A DNA stretch of 64,000 bases. Origin: the human T2T-CHM13v2.0 reference genome, Homo sapiens. The stretch is from assembly GCF_009914755.1 (NCBI RefSeq), contig NC_060946.1; one strand, 5' to 3'. Shown one piece after another: positions 42,001 to 55,400 of this stretch (its first letter is position 1; every line of letters starts with the position of its first letter). The position numbers and the translations under genes are program-made. The notes beneath the pieces are model-generated. The model ran no database searches. It saw only the letters and a list, made by a program, of their open reading frames with translations, and had not been told where the DNA came from.

Positions 42001-45000
42001 TGACTAGGCTGTGCCCACAGGGGGATTGAGACATATCTCTGCACTGATCCCGAGGTGATACAACTCTTGCCTGGTCTCTGCCTAGTGTGGACATTGTGAC
42101 ATATCTCTGAACTGATCTCCCAGGTGCTGTAACTTTAGTCTGGGCTCCGGCTACACGGCATTGTGACATATCACTGCACTGATCACCCAGGCGATATAAC
42201 TCTTCTCTAGGATCTGACCACAGGGTGCTTTGTGACATATCCCTGCAATGATCACCCAGGTGATATACCACTTGCCAAGGCTCTGCCTACAGGGGCATTG
42301 CAATGTATCTCTGCACTGATCACCTAGGTCTTGTAGCTCTTTTCTAGGATCTGCCTACAGGGTGCTTTGTGACGTGTCCCAGCAAGGATTACCCAGGTGA
42401 TGTACCTCTCATCAAGGCTCTGCCTACAGGCACATTGTGATGTATCTCTGCACTGATCACCTCGGTCATGTAACTTTTTTCTAGGCTCTACCTACGATGG
42501 CATTGTGACATATCTCTGCACTAATCATCCAAGTGATGTAACTCTTGTCTAGGATGTGCCTAAATTAACTTTTTGACATAACCCTGTACTGATCATCCAG
42601 GTGATGGAGCTTTTGTCTAGGCTCTGCCTAAGGGGGCATTGTGACATATTTCTGCATTGATCACCCAGGTGGCGAACTCTTCTCTCGGATCTGCCTATGG
42701 GGGCATTGTGAGAAATCTCTGCACTGATCACCCAGGTGATGTAACTGTTGTGTAACCTCTGCCTACAGGGGAATTGTGAGAGATCTCGTCACTGATTACC
42801 CAAGTGATGTAACCATTGTCTAGGCTTTGCGTACAGGGGGCTTTGTGACATACCTTTGCACTGATCACCCAGGTGATGTAACACACCTAAGTTCGGCCTA
42901 AAGGAGCTTTGTGACATATCTCTGCACTGATCACTTAGGTGATGTAACACTTTTATAATCACTGCCTACAGGGAATTTTGACAAATCTCTGCACTGATCA
43001 CCTAGGTGATGTCACTCTTGTCTACCCTATGTCCAACGGGGCATTGTGAAATGTCTCTGCACAGATCACCCAGGTGATTCAACTCTTGACTAGGAACTGC
43101 CTACAGAGGTTATTGTGAAATATCTCTGCAATGATAAACTAGGTGGTGTAACCATTGTCCAAGCTCTGCCTACAGGGGCGTTTCCACATATCCCTGAACT
43201 GATGACAATGGTGATGTAACTCTTGCCTAGGCTTTGCCTACAGGGAACATTGGACATATATCTGCACTGATCACCCAGGTGATGCAACTCTTGCCTATTC
43301 TTTGCCTACAGGGGACATTGTGACATATCTCTTCAATGATCACTCATGTGATGCATCTCTTGCCTAGGCTTTGCCTACAGGGGACATTGTGACATATCTC
43401 TGCACTGATCTCCCAGGTGCTGTAACTTTAGTCTAGGCTCTGGCTACACGGCATTGTGACATATCACTGCACTGATCAACCAGGTGATATAACTCTTGTA
43501 TAGGCTCTGCCTACAGGGGGATTGTGACCTACCTCTGCACTGATCACCCAGGTGACATAACTCTTCTCTAGGATCTGCCTACAGGGTACTTTGTGACATA
43601 TCCCTGCACTGATCACCCAGGTGATCTAACTCTGGTCTAAGCTCTGCCTAAAGGGGCATTGTGACAGATCTCTGCACTGATCACTCTGGTGATGTAAGTA
43701 TTGTCTATGCTCTGCTTCAAGGGGCCTTGTCACATATCTCTGCACTGATCACCCAGGTGATGTAACTCTTCTCTAGGCTCTGCTTCCAGGGCATATTGTG
43801 ACATATCTATGCACTGATCACCTTAGTGATGTAACACTTTGGTAGGCTCGGCCTATAGGGGAATCTTGACATATCTCTGCACTGTTAACCGAGGTGATTT
43901 AACTCTTGTCTAGGCTGTGCCCACAGGGGGATTGAGACATATCTCTGCACTGATCCCGAGGTGATACAACTCTTGCCTGGTCTCTGCCTACTGTGGACAT
44001 TGTGACATATCTCTGCACTGATGTCCCAGGTGCTGTAACTTTAGTCTAGGCTCTGGCTACACGGCATTGTGACATATCACTGCACTGATCAACCAGGTGA
44101 TATAACTCTTCTATAGACTCTGCCTAGAGGGGGATTGTGACCTACCTCTGCACTGATCACCCCGGTGATATATCTCTTCTCTAGGATCTGCCTACAGGGT
44201 ACTTTGTGACACATCCATGCACTGATCACCCAGGTGATCTAACTCTGGTCTAAGCTCTGCCTAAAGGGGCATTGTGACAGATCTCTGCACTGATCAGTCT
44301 GGTGATGTAAGTATTGTCTAGGCTCTGCTTCAAGGGGCCTTGTCACATATCTCTGCACTGATCACCCAGGTGATGTAACTCTTGTCTAGGCTCTGCCTCC
44401 AGGGCATATTGTGATATATCTATGCACTGATCACCTTAGTGATGTAACACTTTGGTAAGCTCGGCCTACAGGGGAATCTTGACATATCTCTGCACTGTTA
44501 ACCGAGGTGATTTAACTCTTGTCTAGGCTGTGCCCACAGGGGGATTGAGACATATCTCAGCAATGATCCCGAGGTGATACAACTCTTGCCTGGTCTCTGC
44601 CTAGTGTGGACATTGTGACATATCTCTGAACTGATCTCCCAGGTGCTGTAACTTAAGTCTGGGCTCCGGCTACACGGCATTGTGACATATCACTGCACTG
44701 ATCACCCAGGCGATATAACTCTTCTCTAGGATCTGACCACAGGGTGCTTTGTGACATATCCCTGCAATGATCACCCAGGTGATATACCACTTGCCAAGGC
44801 TCTGCCTACAGGGGCATTGCAATGTATCTCTGCACTGATCACCTAGGTCTTGTAGCTGTTTTCTAGGATCTGCCTACAGGGTGCTTTGTGACGTGTCCCA
44901 GCAAGGATTACCCAGGTGATGTACCTCTCATCAAGGCTCTGCCTACAGGCACATTGTGATGTATCTCTGCACTGATCACCTCGGTCATGTAACTTTTTTC

Positions 45001-45067
45001 TAGGCTCTACCTACGATGGCATTGTGACATATCTCTGCATTAATCATCCAAGTGATGTAACACTTGT
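33089..45067. repeat. Block of four 37-mer HORs and one 28-mer (2519, 1905, 2519, 2517, 2519 bp), lineage B
   Basis: Landmarks at 33089, 35608, 37513, 40032, 42549 and 45068. The duplicated 9-monomer segment has junction markers 'gatgtccca' and 'tatagactc'. Confidence 0.9.
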
Positions 45068-48000
45068 CTAGGATGTGCCTAAATTAACTTTTTGACATAA
45101 CCCTGTACTGATCATCCAGGTGATGGAGCTTTTGTCTAGGCTCTGCCTAAGGGGGCATTGTGACATATTTCTGCATTGATCACCCAGGTGGCGAACCCTT
45201 CTCTCGGATCTGCCTATGGGGGCATTGTGAGAAATCTCTGCACTGATCACCCAGGTGATGTAACTGTTGTGTAACCTCTGCCTACAGGGGAATTGTGAGA
45301 GATCTCGTCACTGATTACCCAAGTGATGTAACCATTGTCTAGGCTTTGCGTACAGGGGGCTTTGTGACATACCTTTGCACTGATCACCCAGGTGATGTAA
45401 CACATCTAAGTTCGGCCTAAAGGAGCTTTGTGACATATCTCTGCACTGATCACTTAGGTGATGTAACACTTTTATAATCACTGCCTACAGGGAATTTTGA
45501 CAAATCTCTGCACTGATCACCTAGGTGATGTCACTCTTGTCTACCCTCTGTCCAACGGGGCATTGTGAAATGTCTCTGCACTGATCACCCAGGTGATTCA
45601 ACTCTTGACTAGGAACTGCCTACAGAGGTTATTGTGAAATATCTCTGCAATGATAAACTAGGTGGTGTAACCATTGTCCAAGCTCTGCCTACAGGGGCGT
45701 TTCCACATATCCCTGAACTGATGACAAAGGTGATGTAACTCTTGCCTAGGCTTTGCCTACAGGGAACATTGGACATATATCTGCACTGATCACCCAGGTG
45801 ATGCAACTCTTGCCTAGGCTTTGCCTACAGGGGACATTGTGACATATCTCTTCAATGATCACTCATGTGATGCATCTCTTGCCTAGGCTTTGCCTACAGG
45901 GGACATTGTGACATATCTCTGCACTGATCTCCCAGGTGCTGTAACTTTAGTCTAGGCTCTGGCTACACGGCATTGTGACATATCACTGCACTGATCAACC
46001 AGGTGATATAACTCTTGTATAGGCTCTGCCTACAGGGGGATTGTGACCTACCTCTGCACTGATCACCCAGGTGACATAACTCTTCTCTAGGATTTGCGTA
46101 CAGGGTACTTTCTGACATATCCCTGCACTGATCACCCAGGTGATCTAACTCTGGTATAAGCTCTGCCTAAAGGGGCATTGTGACAGATCTCTGCACTGAT
46201 CACTCTGGTGATGTAAGTATTGTCTATGCTCTGCTTCAAGGGGCCTTGTCACATATCTCTGCACTGATCACCCAGGTGATGTAACTCTTGTCTAGGCTCT
46301 GTTTCCAGGGCATATTGTGACATATCTATGCACTGATCACCTTAGTGATGTAATACTTTGGTAGGCTCGGCCTACAGGGGAATCTTGACATATCTCTGCA
46401 CTGTTAACCGAGGTGATTTAACTCTTGTCTAGGCTGTGCCCACAGGGGGATTGAGACATATCTCTGCACTGATCCCGAGGTGATACAACTCTTCCCTGCT
46501 CTCTGCCTACTGTGGACATTGGGACATATCTCTGCACTGATCTCCCAGGTGCAGTAACTTTAGTCTAGGCTCTGGCTACACGGCATTGTGACATATCACT
46601 ACACTGATCACCCAGGCGATATAACTCTTCTCTAGGATCTGACCACGGGGTGCTTTGTGACATATCCCTGCAATGATCACCCAGGTGATATACCACTTGC
46701 CAAGGCTCTGCCTACAGGGGCATTGCAATGTATCTCTGCACTGATCACCTAGGTCTTGTAGCTATTTTCTAGGATCTGCCTACAGGGTGCTTTGTGACGT
46801 GTCCCACCAAGGATTACCCAGATGATGTACCTCTCATCAAGGCTCTGCCTACAGACACATTGTGATGTATCTCTGCACTGATCACCTAGGTCATGTAACT
46901 TTTTTCTAGGCTCTACCTACGATGGCATTGTGACATATCTCTGCACTAATTATCCAAGTGATGTAACTCTTGTCTAGGATGTGCCTAAATTAACTTTTTG
47001 ACATAACCATGTACTGATCATCCAGGTGATGGAGCTTTTGCTTAGGCTCTGCCTAAGGGGGCATTGTGACATATTTCTGCATTGATCACCCAGGTGGCGA
47101 AGTCTTCTCTCGGATCTGTCTATGGGGGCATTGTGAGAAATCTCTGCACTGATCACCCAGGTGATGTAACTGTTGTGTAACCTCTGCCTACAGGGGAATT
47201 GTGAGAGATCTCCTCACTCATTACACAAGTGATGTAACCATTGTCTAGGCTTTGCGTACAGGGGGCTTTGTAACATACCTTTGCACTGATCACCCAGGTG
47301 ATGTAACACATCTAAGTTCGGCCTAAAGGAGCTTTGTGACTTATCTCTGCACTGATCACTTAGGTGATGTAACACTTTTATAATCACTGCCTACAGGGAA
47401 TTTTGACAAATCTCTGCACTGATCACCTAGGTGATGTAACTCTTGTCTACCCTCTGTCCAACGGGGCATTGTGAAATGTCTCTGCACTGATCACCCAGGT
47501 GATTCAACTCTTGACTAGGAACTGCCTACAGAGGTTATTGTGAAATATCTCTGCACTGATAAACTTGGTGGTGTAACCCTTGTCCAAGCTCTGCCTACAG
47601 GGGCGTTTCCACATATCCCTGAACTGATGACAAAGGTGATGTAACTCTTGCCTAGGCTTTGCCTACAGGGAATATTGGACATATATCTGCACTGATCACC
47701 CAGGTGATGCAACTCTTGCCTAGGCTTTGCCTACAGGGGACATTGTGACATATCTCTTCAATGATCACTCATTTGATGCATCTCTTGCCTAGGCTTTGCC
47801 TACAGGGACATTGTGACATATCTCTGCACTGATCTCCCAGGTGCTGTAACTTTAGTCTAGGCTCTGGCTACACGGCATTGTGACATATCACTGCACTGAT
47901 CAACCAGGTGATATAACTCTTGTATAGGCTCTGCCTACAGGGGGATTGTGACCTACCTCTGCACTGATCACCCAGGTGATATAACTCTTCTCTAGGATCT

Positions 48001-50780
48001 GCCTACAGGGTACTTTGTGACATATCCCTGCACTGATCACCCAGGTGATCTAACTCTGGTCTAAGCTCTGCCTAAAGGGGCATTTTGACAGATCTCTGCA
48101 CTGATCAGTCTGGTGATGTAAGTATTGTCTAGCCTCTGCTTCAAGGGACCTTGTCACATATCTCTGCACTGATCACCCAGGTGATGTAACTCTTGTCTAG
48201 GCTCTGCTTCCAGGGCATATCGTGACATATGTATGCACTGATCACCTTAGTGATGTAACACTTTGGTAGGCTCGGCCTACAGGGGAATCTTGACATATCT
48301 CTGCACTGTTAACCGAGGTGATTTAACTCTTGTCTAGGCTGTGCCCACAGGGGGATTGAGACATATCTCTGCACTGATCCCGAGGTGATACAACTCTTGC
48401 CTGGTCTCTGCCTACTGTGGACATTGTGACATATCTCTGCACTGATCTCCCAGGTGCTGTAATTTTGGTCTAGGCTCTGACTACACGGCATTGTGACATA
48501 TCACTGCACTGATCACCCAGGCGATATAACTCTTCTCTAGGATCTGGCCACAGGGTGCTTTGTGACATATCCCTGCAATGATCACCCAGGTGATATACCA
48601 CTTGCCAACGCTCTGCCTACAGGGGCATTGCAATGTATCTCTGCACTGATCACCTAGGTCTTGTAGCTATTTTCTAGGATCTGCCTACAGGGTGCTTTGT
48701 GACGTGTCCCAGCAAGGATTACCCAGGTGATGTACCTCTCATCAAGGCTCTGCCTACAGGCACATTGTGGTGTATCTCTGCACTGATCACCTAGTTCATG
48801 TAACTTTTTTCTAGGCTCTACCTACGATGGCATTGTGACATATCTCTGCACTAATCATCCAAGTGATGTAACACTTGTTTAGGATGTGCCTAAATTAACT
48901 TTTTGACATAACCCTGTACTGATCATCCAGGTGATGGAGCTTTTGTCTTGGCTCTGCCTAAGGGGGCATTGTGACATATTTCTGCATTGATCACCCAGGT
49001 GGGGAACTCTTCTCTCGGATCTGCCTATGGGGGCATTGTGAGAAATCTCTGCACTGATCACCCAGGTGATGTAACTGTTGTGTAACCTCTGCCTACAGGG
49101 GAATTGTGAGAGATCTCGTCACTCATTACACAAGTGATGTAAACATTGTCTAAGCTTTGCGTACTGGGGGCTTTGTGACATACCTTTGCACTGATCACCC
49201 AGGTGATGTAACACATCTAAGGCCTAAAGGAGCTTTGTGACATATCTCTGCACTGATCACTTAGGTGATGTAACACTTTTATAATCACTGCTTACAGGGA
49301 ATTTTGACAAATCTCTGCACTGATCACCTAGGTGATGTAACTCTTGTCTACCCTCTGTCCAACGGGGCATTGTGAAATATCTCTACACTGATCACCCAGG
49401 TGATTCAACTCTTGACTAGGAACTGACTACAGAGTTTATTGTGAAATATGTCTGCACTGATAAACTAGGTGGTGTAACCCTTGTCCAAGCTCTGCCTACA
49501 GCGGCGTTTCCACATATCCCTGAACTGATGACAAAGGTGATGTAACTCTTGCTTAGGCTTTGCCTACAGGGAACATTGGACATATATCTGCACTGATCAC
49601 CCAGGTGATGGAACTCTTGCCTAGGCTTTGCCTACAGGGGACATTGTGACATATCTCTTCAATGATCACACATGTGATGCATCTCTTGCCTAGGCTTTGC
49701 CTACAGGGGACATTGTGACATATCTCTGCACTGATCTCCCAGGTGCTGTAACTTTAGTGTAGGCTCTGGCTACACGGCATTGTGACATATAACTGCACTG
49801 ATCAACCAGGTGATTTAACTCTTGTATAGGCTCTGCCTACAGGGGGATTGTGACCTACCTCTGCACTGATCACCCAGGTGATATATCTCTTCTATAGGAT
49901 CTGCCAACAGGGTACTTTGTGACATATCCCTGCACTGATCACCCAGGTGATCTAACTCTGGTATAAGCTCTGCCTAAAGGGGCATTGTGACAGATCTCTG
50001 CACTGATCACTCTGGTGATGTAAGTATTGTCTAGGCTCTGCTTCAAGGGGCCTTGTCACATATCTCTGCACTGATCACCCAGGTGATGTAACTCTTGTCT
50101 AGGCTCTGCTTCCAGGGCATATTGTGAAATATCTATGCACTGATCACCTTAGTGATGTAACACTTTGGTAGGCTCGGCCTACAGGGGAATCTTGACATAA
50201 CTCTGCACTGTTAACTGAGGTGATTTAACTCTTGTCTAGGCTGTACCCACAGGGGGATTGAGACATATCTCTGAACTGATCCCGAGGTGATACAACTCTT
50301 GCCTGCTCTCTGCCTACTGTGGACATTGTGACATAACTCTGCACTGATCTCCCAGGTGCTGTAACTTTAGTCTAGGCTCCGGCTACACGGCATTGTGACA
50401 TATCACTGCACTGATCACCCAGGCGATATAACTCTTCTCTAGGATCTGACCACAGGGTGCTTTGTGACATATCCCTGCAATGATCACCCAGATGATATAC
50501 CACTTGCCAAGGCTCTGCCTACAGGGGCATTGCAATGTATCTCTGCACTGATCACCTAGGTCTTGTAGCTATTTTCTAGGATCTGCCTACAGGGTGCTTT
50601 GTGACGTGTCCTAGCAAGGTTTACCCAGGTGATGTACCTCTCATCAAGGCTCTGCCTACAGGCACATTGTGATGTATCTCTGCACTGATCACCTCGGTCA
50701 TGTAACTTTTTTCTAGGCTCTACCTACGATGGCATTGTGACATATCTCTGCACTAATCATCCAAGTGATGTAACTCTTGT
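45068..50780. repeat. Three 28-mer HORs (1906, 1905, 1902 bp), lineage B
   Basis: Landmarks at 45068, 46974, 48879 and 50781; the last unit has a 4-bp deletion at ~49220. Confidence 0.88.
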
Positions 50781-52412
50781 CTAGGATGTGCCTAAATTAA
50801 CTTTTTGACATAACCCTGTACTGATCATCCAGGTGATGGAGCTTTTGTCTAGGCTCTGCCTAAGGGGCATTGTGACATATTTCTGCATTGATCACCCAGG
50901 TGGCGAACTCTTCTCTCGGATCTGCCTATGGGGGCATTGTGAGAAATCTCTGCACTGATCATCCAGGTGATGTAACTGTTGTGTAACCTCTGCCTACAGG
51001 GGAATTGTGAGAGATCTCGTCTCTGATTACCCAAGAGATGTAACCATTGTCTAGGCTTTGCGTACAGGGGGCTTTGTGACACACCTTTGCACTGATCACC
51101 CAGGTGATGTAACACATCTAAGTTCGGCCTAAAGGAGCCTTGTGACATATCTCTGCACTGATCACTTAGGTGATGTAACACTTTTATAATCACTGCCTAC
51201 AGGGAAATTTGACAAATCTCTGCACTGATCACCTAGGTGATGTAACTCTTGTCTACCCTCTGTCCAACGGGGCATTGTGAAATGTCTCTGCACTGATCAC
51301 CCAGGTGATTCAACTCTTGACTAGGAACTGCCTACAGAGGTTAATGTGAAATATCTCTGCACTGATAAACTAGGTGGTGTAACCATTGTCCAAGCTCTGC
51401 CTACAGGGGCGTTTCCACATATCCCTGAACTGATGACAAAGGTGATGTAACTCTTGCCTAGGCTTTGCCTACAGGGAACATTGGACATATATCTGCACTG
51501 ATCACCCAGGTGATGCAACTCTTGCCTAGGCTTTGCCTACAGGGGACATTGTGATATATCTCTTCAATGATCACTCATGTGATGCATCTCTTGCCTAGGC
51601 TTTGCCTACAGGGGACATTGTGACATATCTCTGAACTGATCTCCCAGGTGCTGTAACTTTAGTCTAGGCTCTGGCTACACGGCATTGTGACATATCACTG
51701 CACTGATCAACCAGGTGATATAACTCATGTATAGGCTCTGCCTACAGGGGGATTGTGACCTCCCTCTGCACTGATCACCCAGGTGATATAACTCTTCTCT
51801 AGGATCTGCCTACATGGTACTTTGTGACATATCCCTACACTGATCACCCAGGTGATCTAACTCTGGTCTAAGCTCTGCCTAAAGGGGCATTGTGACAGAT
51901 CTCTGCACTGATCACTCTGGTGATGTAAGTATTGTCTAGGCTCTGCTTCAAGGGGCCTTGTCACATATCTCTGCACTGATCTCCCAGGTGCTGTAACTTT
52001 ACTCTAGGCTCTGGCTACACGGCATTGTGACATATCACTGCACTGATCACCCAGGCGATATAACTCTTCTCTAGGATCTGACCACAGGGTGCTTTGTGAC
52101 ATATCCCTGAAATGATCACCCAGGTGATATACCACTTGCCAAGGCTCTGCCTACAGGGGCATTGCAATGTATCTCTGCACTGATCTCCTAGGTCTTGTAG
52201 CTGTTTTCTAGGATCTGCCTACAGGGTGCTTTTTGACGTGTCCCAGCAAGGATTACCCAGGTGATGTACCTCTCATCAAGGCTCTGCCTACAGGCATATT
52301 GTGATGTATCTCTGCACTGATCACCTCGGTCATGTAACTATTTTCTAGGCTCTACCTACGATGGCATTGTGACATATCTCTGCACTAATCATCCAAGTGA
52401 TGTAACTCTTGT
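50781..52412. repeat. Single 24-mer HOR (1632 bp; four-monomer deletion)
   Basis: Landmark spacing is 1632 = 24 x 68. At ~51955-51995 'ggggccttgtcacatatctctgcactgatc' runs directly into 'tcccaggtgctgtaac'. Confidence 0.88.
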
Positions 52413-55400
52413 CTAGGATGTGCCTAAATTAACTTTTTGACATAACCCTGTACTGATCATCCAGGTGATGGAGCTTTTGTCTAGGCTCTGCCTAAGGGGG
52501 CATTGTGACATTTTTCTGCATTGATCACCCAGGTGGCGAACTCTTCTCTCGGATCTGCCTATGGGGGCATTGTGAGAAATCTCTGCACTGATCACCCAGG
52601 TGATGTAACTGTTGTGTAACCTCTGCCTACAGGGGAATTGTGAGAGATCTCGTCACTGATTACCCAAGTGATGTAACCATTGTCTAGACTTTGCGTACAG
52701 GGGGCTTTGTGACATACCTTTGCACTGATCACCCAGGTGATGTAACACATCTAAGTTCGGCCTAAAGGAGCTTTGTGACATATCTCTGCACTGATCACGT
52801 AGGTGATGTAACACTTTTATAATCACTGCTTACAGGGAATTTTGACAAATCTCTGCACTGATCACCTAGGTGATGTAACTCTTGTCTACCCTCTGTCCAA
52901 CGGGGCATTGTGAAATATCTCTGCACTGATCACCCAGGTGATTCAACTCTTGACTAGGAACTGCCTACAGAGGTTATTGTGAAATATCTCTGCACTGATA
53001 AACTAGGTGGTGTAACCCTTGTCTAAGCTCTGCCTACAGGGGCGTTTCCACATATCGCTGAACTGATGACAAAGGTGATGTAACTCTTACCTAGGCTTTG
53101 CCTACAGGGAACATTGGACATATATCTGCACTGATCACCCAAGTGATGCAACTCTAGCCTAGACTTTGCCTACATGGGACATTGTGACATATCTCTTCAA
53201 TGATCACTCATGTGATGCATCTCTTGCCTAGGGTTTGCCTACAGGGGACATTGTGACATATCTCTGCACTGATCTCCCAGGTGCTGTAACTTTAGTCTAG
53301 GCTCTGGCTACACGGCATTGTGACCTACCTCTGCAATGATCACCCAGGTGATACAACTCTTCTCTAGGATCTGCCTACAGGGTACTTTGTGACATATCCC
53401 TGCACTGATCACCCAGGTGATCTAACTCTGGTCTAAGCTCTGCCTAAAGGGGCATTGTGACAGATCTCTGCACTGATCACTCTGGTGATGTAAGTATTGT
53501 CTAGGCTCTGCTTCAAGGGGCCTTGTCACATATCTCTGCACTGATCACCCAGGTGATGTAACTCTTGTCTAGGCTCTGCTTCCAGGACATATTTTGACAT
53601 ATCTATGCACTGATCACCTTAGTGATGTAACACTTTGGTAGGCTCGGCCTACAGGGGAATCTTGACATATCTCTGCACTGTTAACAGAGGTGATTTAACT
53701 CTTGTCTAGGCTGTGCCCACAGGGGGATTGAGTCATATCTCTGCACTGATCCCGAGTTGATACAACTCTTGCCTGGTCTCTGCCTACTGTGGACATTGGG
53801 ACATATCTCTGCACTGATCTCCCGGGTGCTGTAACTTTAGTCTAGGCTGTGGCTACACGGCATTGTGACATATCACTGCACTGATCACCCAGGCGATATA
53901 ACTCTTCTGTAGGATCTGACCACAGGGTGCTTTGTGACTTATGCCTGCAATGATCACCCAGGTGATATACCACTTGCCAAGGCTCTGCCTACAGGGGCAT
54001 TGCAATGTATCTCTGCACTGATCACCTAGGTCTTGTAGCTATTTTCTAGGATCTGCCTACAGGGTGCTTTGTGACGTGTCCCAGCAAGGATTACCCAGGT
54101 GATGTAACTCTCATCAAGGCTCTGCCTACAGGCACATTGTGATGTATCTCTGCACTGATCACCTCGGTCATGTAACTTTTTTCTAGGCTCTACCTACGAT
54201 GGCATTGTGACATATCTCTGCACTAATCATCCAAGTGATGTAAATCTTGTCTAGGATGTGCCTAAATTAACTTTTTGACATAACCCTGTACTGATCATCC
54301 AGGTGATGGAGCTTTTGTCTAGGCTCTGCCTAAGGGGGCATTGTGACATATTTCGGCATTGATCACCCAGGTGGCGAACTCTTCTCTCGGATCTGCCTAT
54401 GGGGGCATTGTGAGAAATCTCTGCACTGATCACCAAGGTGATGTAACTGTTGTGTAACCTCTGCCTACAGGGGAATTGTGAGAGATCTCGTCACAGATTA
54501 CCCAAGTGATGTAACCATTGTCTAGGCTTTGCGTACAGGGGGCTTTGTGACATACCTTTGCACTGATCACCCAGGTGATGTAACACATCTAAGTTCGGCC
54601 TAAAGGAGCTTTGTGACATATCTCTGCACTGATCACTTAGGTGATGTAACACTTGAATAATCACTGCCTACAGGGAATTTTGACAAATCTCTGCACTGAT
54701 CACCTAGGTGATGCAATTCTTGTCTACCCTCTGTCCAACGGGGCATTGTGAAATGTCTCTGCACTGACCACCCAGGTGATTCAACTCTTGACTAGGAACT
54801 GCCTACAGAGGTTATTGTGAAATATCTCTGCACTGATAAACTAGGTGGTGTAACCCTTGTCCAAGCTCTGCCTACAGTGTCGTTTCAACATATCCCTGAA
54901 CTGATGACAAAGGTGATGTAACTCTTGCCTAGGCTTTGCCTACAGGGAACATTGGACATATATCTGCACTGATCACCCATTTGATTCAACTCTTTCCTAG
55001 GCTTTGCCTACAGGGGACATCGGGACGTGTCTCTTCAATGATCACTCATGTGATGCATCTCTTACCTAGGCTTTGCCTACAGGGGACATTGTGACATATC
55101 TCTGCACTGATCTCCCAGGTGCTGTAACTTTAGTCTAGGCTCTGGCTACACGGCATTGTGACCTACCTCTGCACTGGTCACCCAGGTGATATAACTCTTC
55201 TCTAGGATCTGCCTACAGGGTACTTTGTGACATATCCCTGCACTGATCACCCAGGTGATCTAACTCTGGTCTAAGCTCTGCCTAAAGGGGCATTGTGACA
55301 GATCTCTGCACTGATGACTCTGGTGATGTAAGTATTGTCTAGGCTCTGCTTCAAGGGGCCTTGTCACATATCTCTGCACTGATCACCCAGGTGATGTAAC

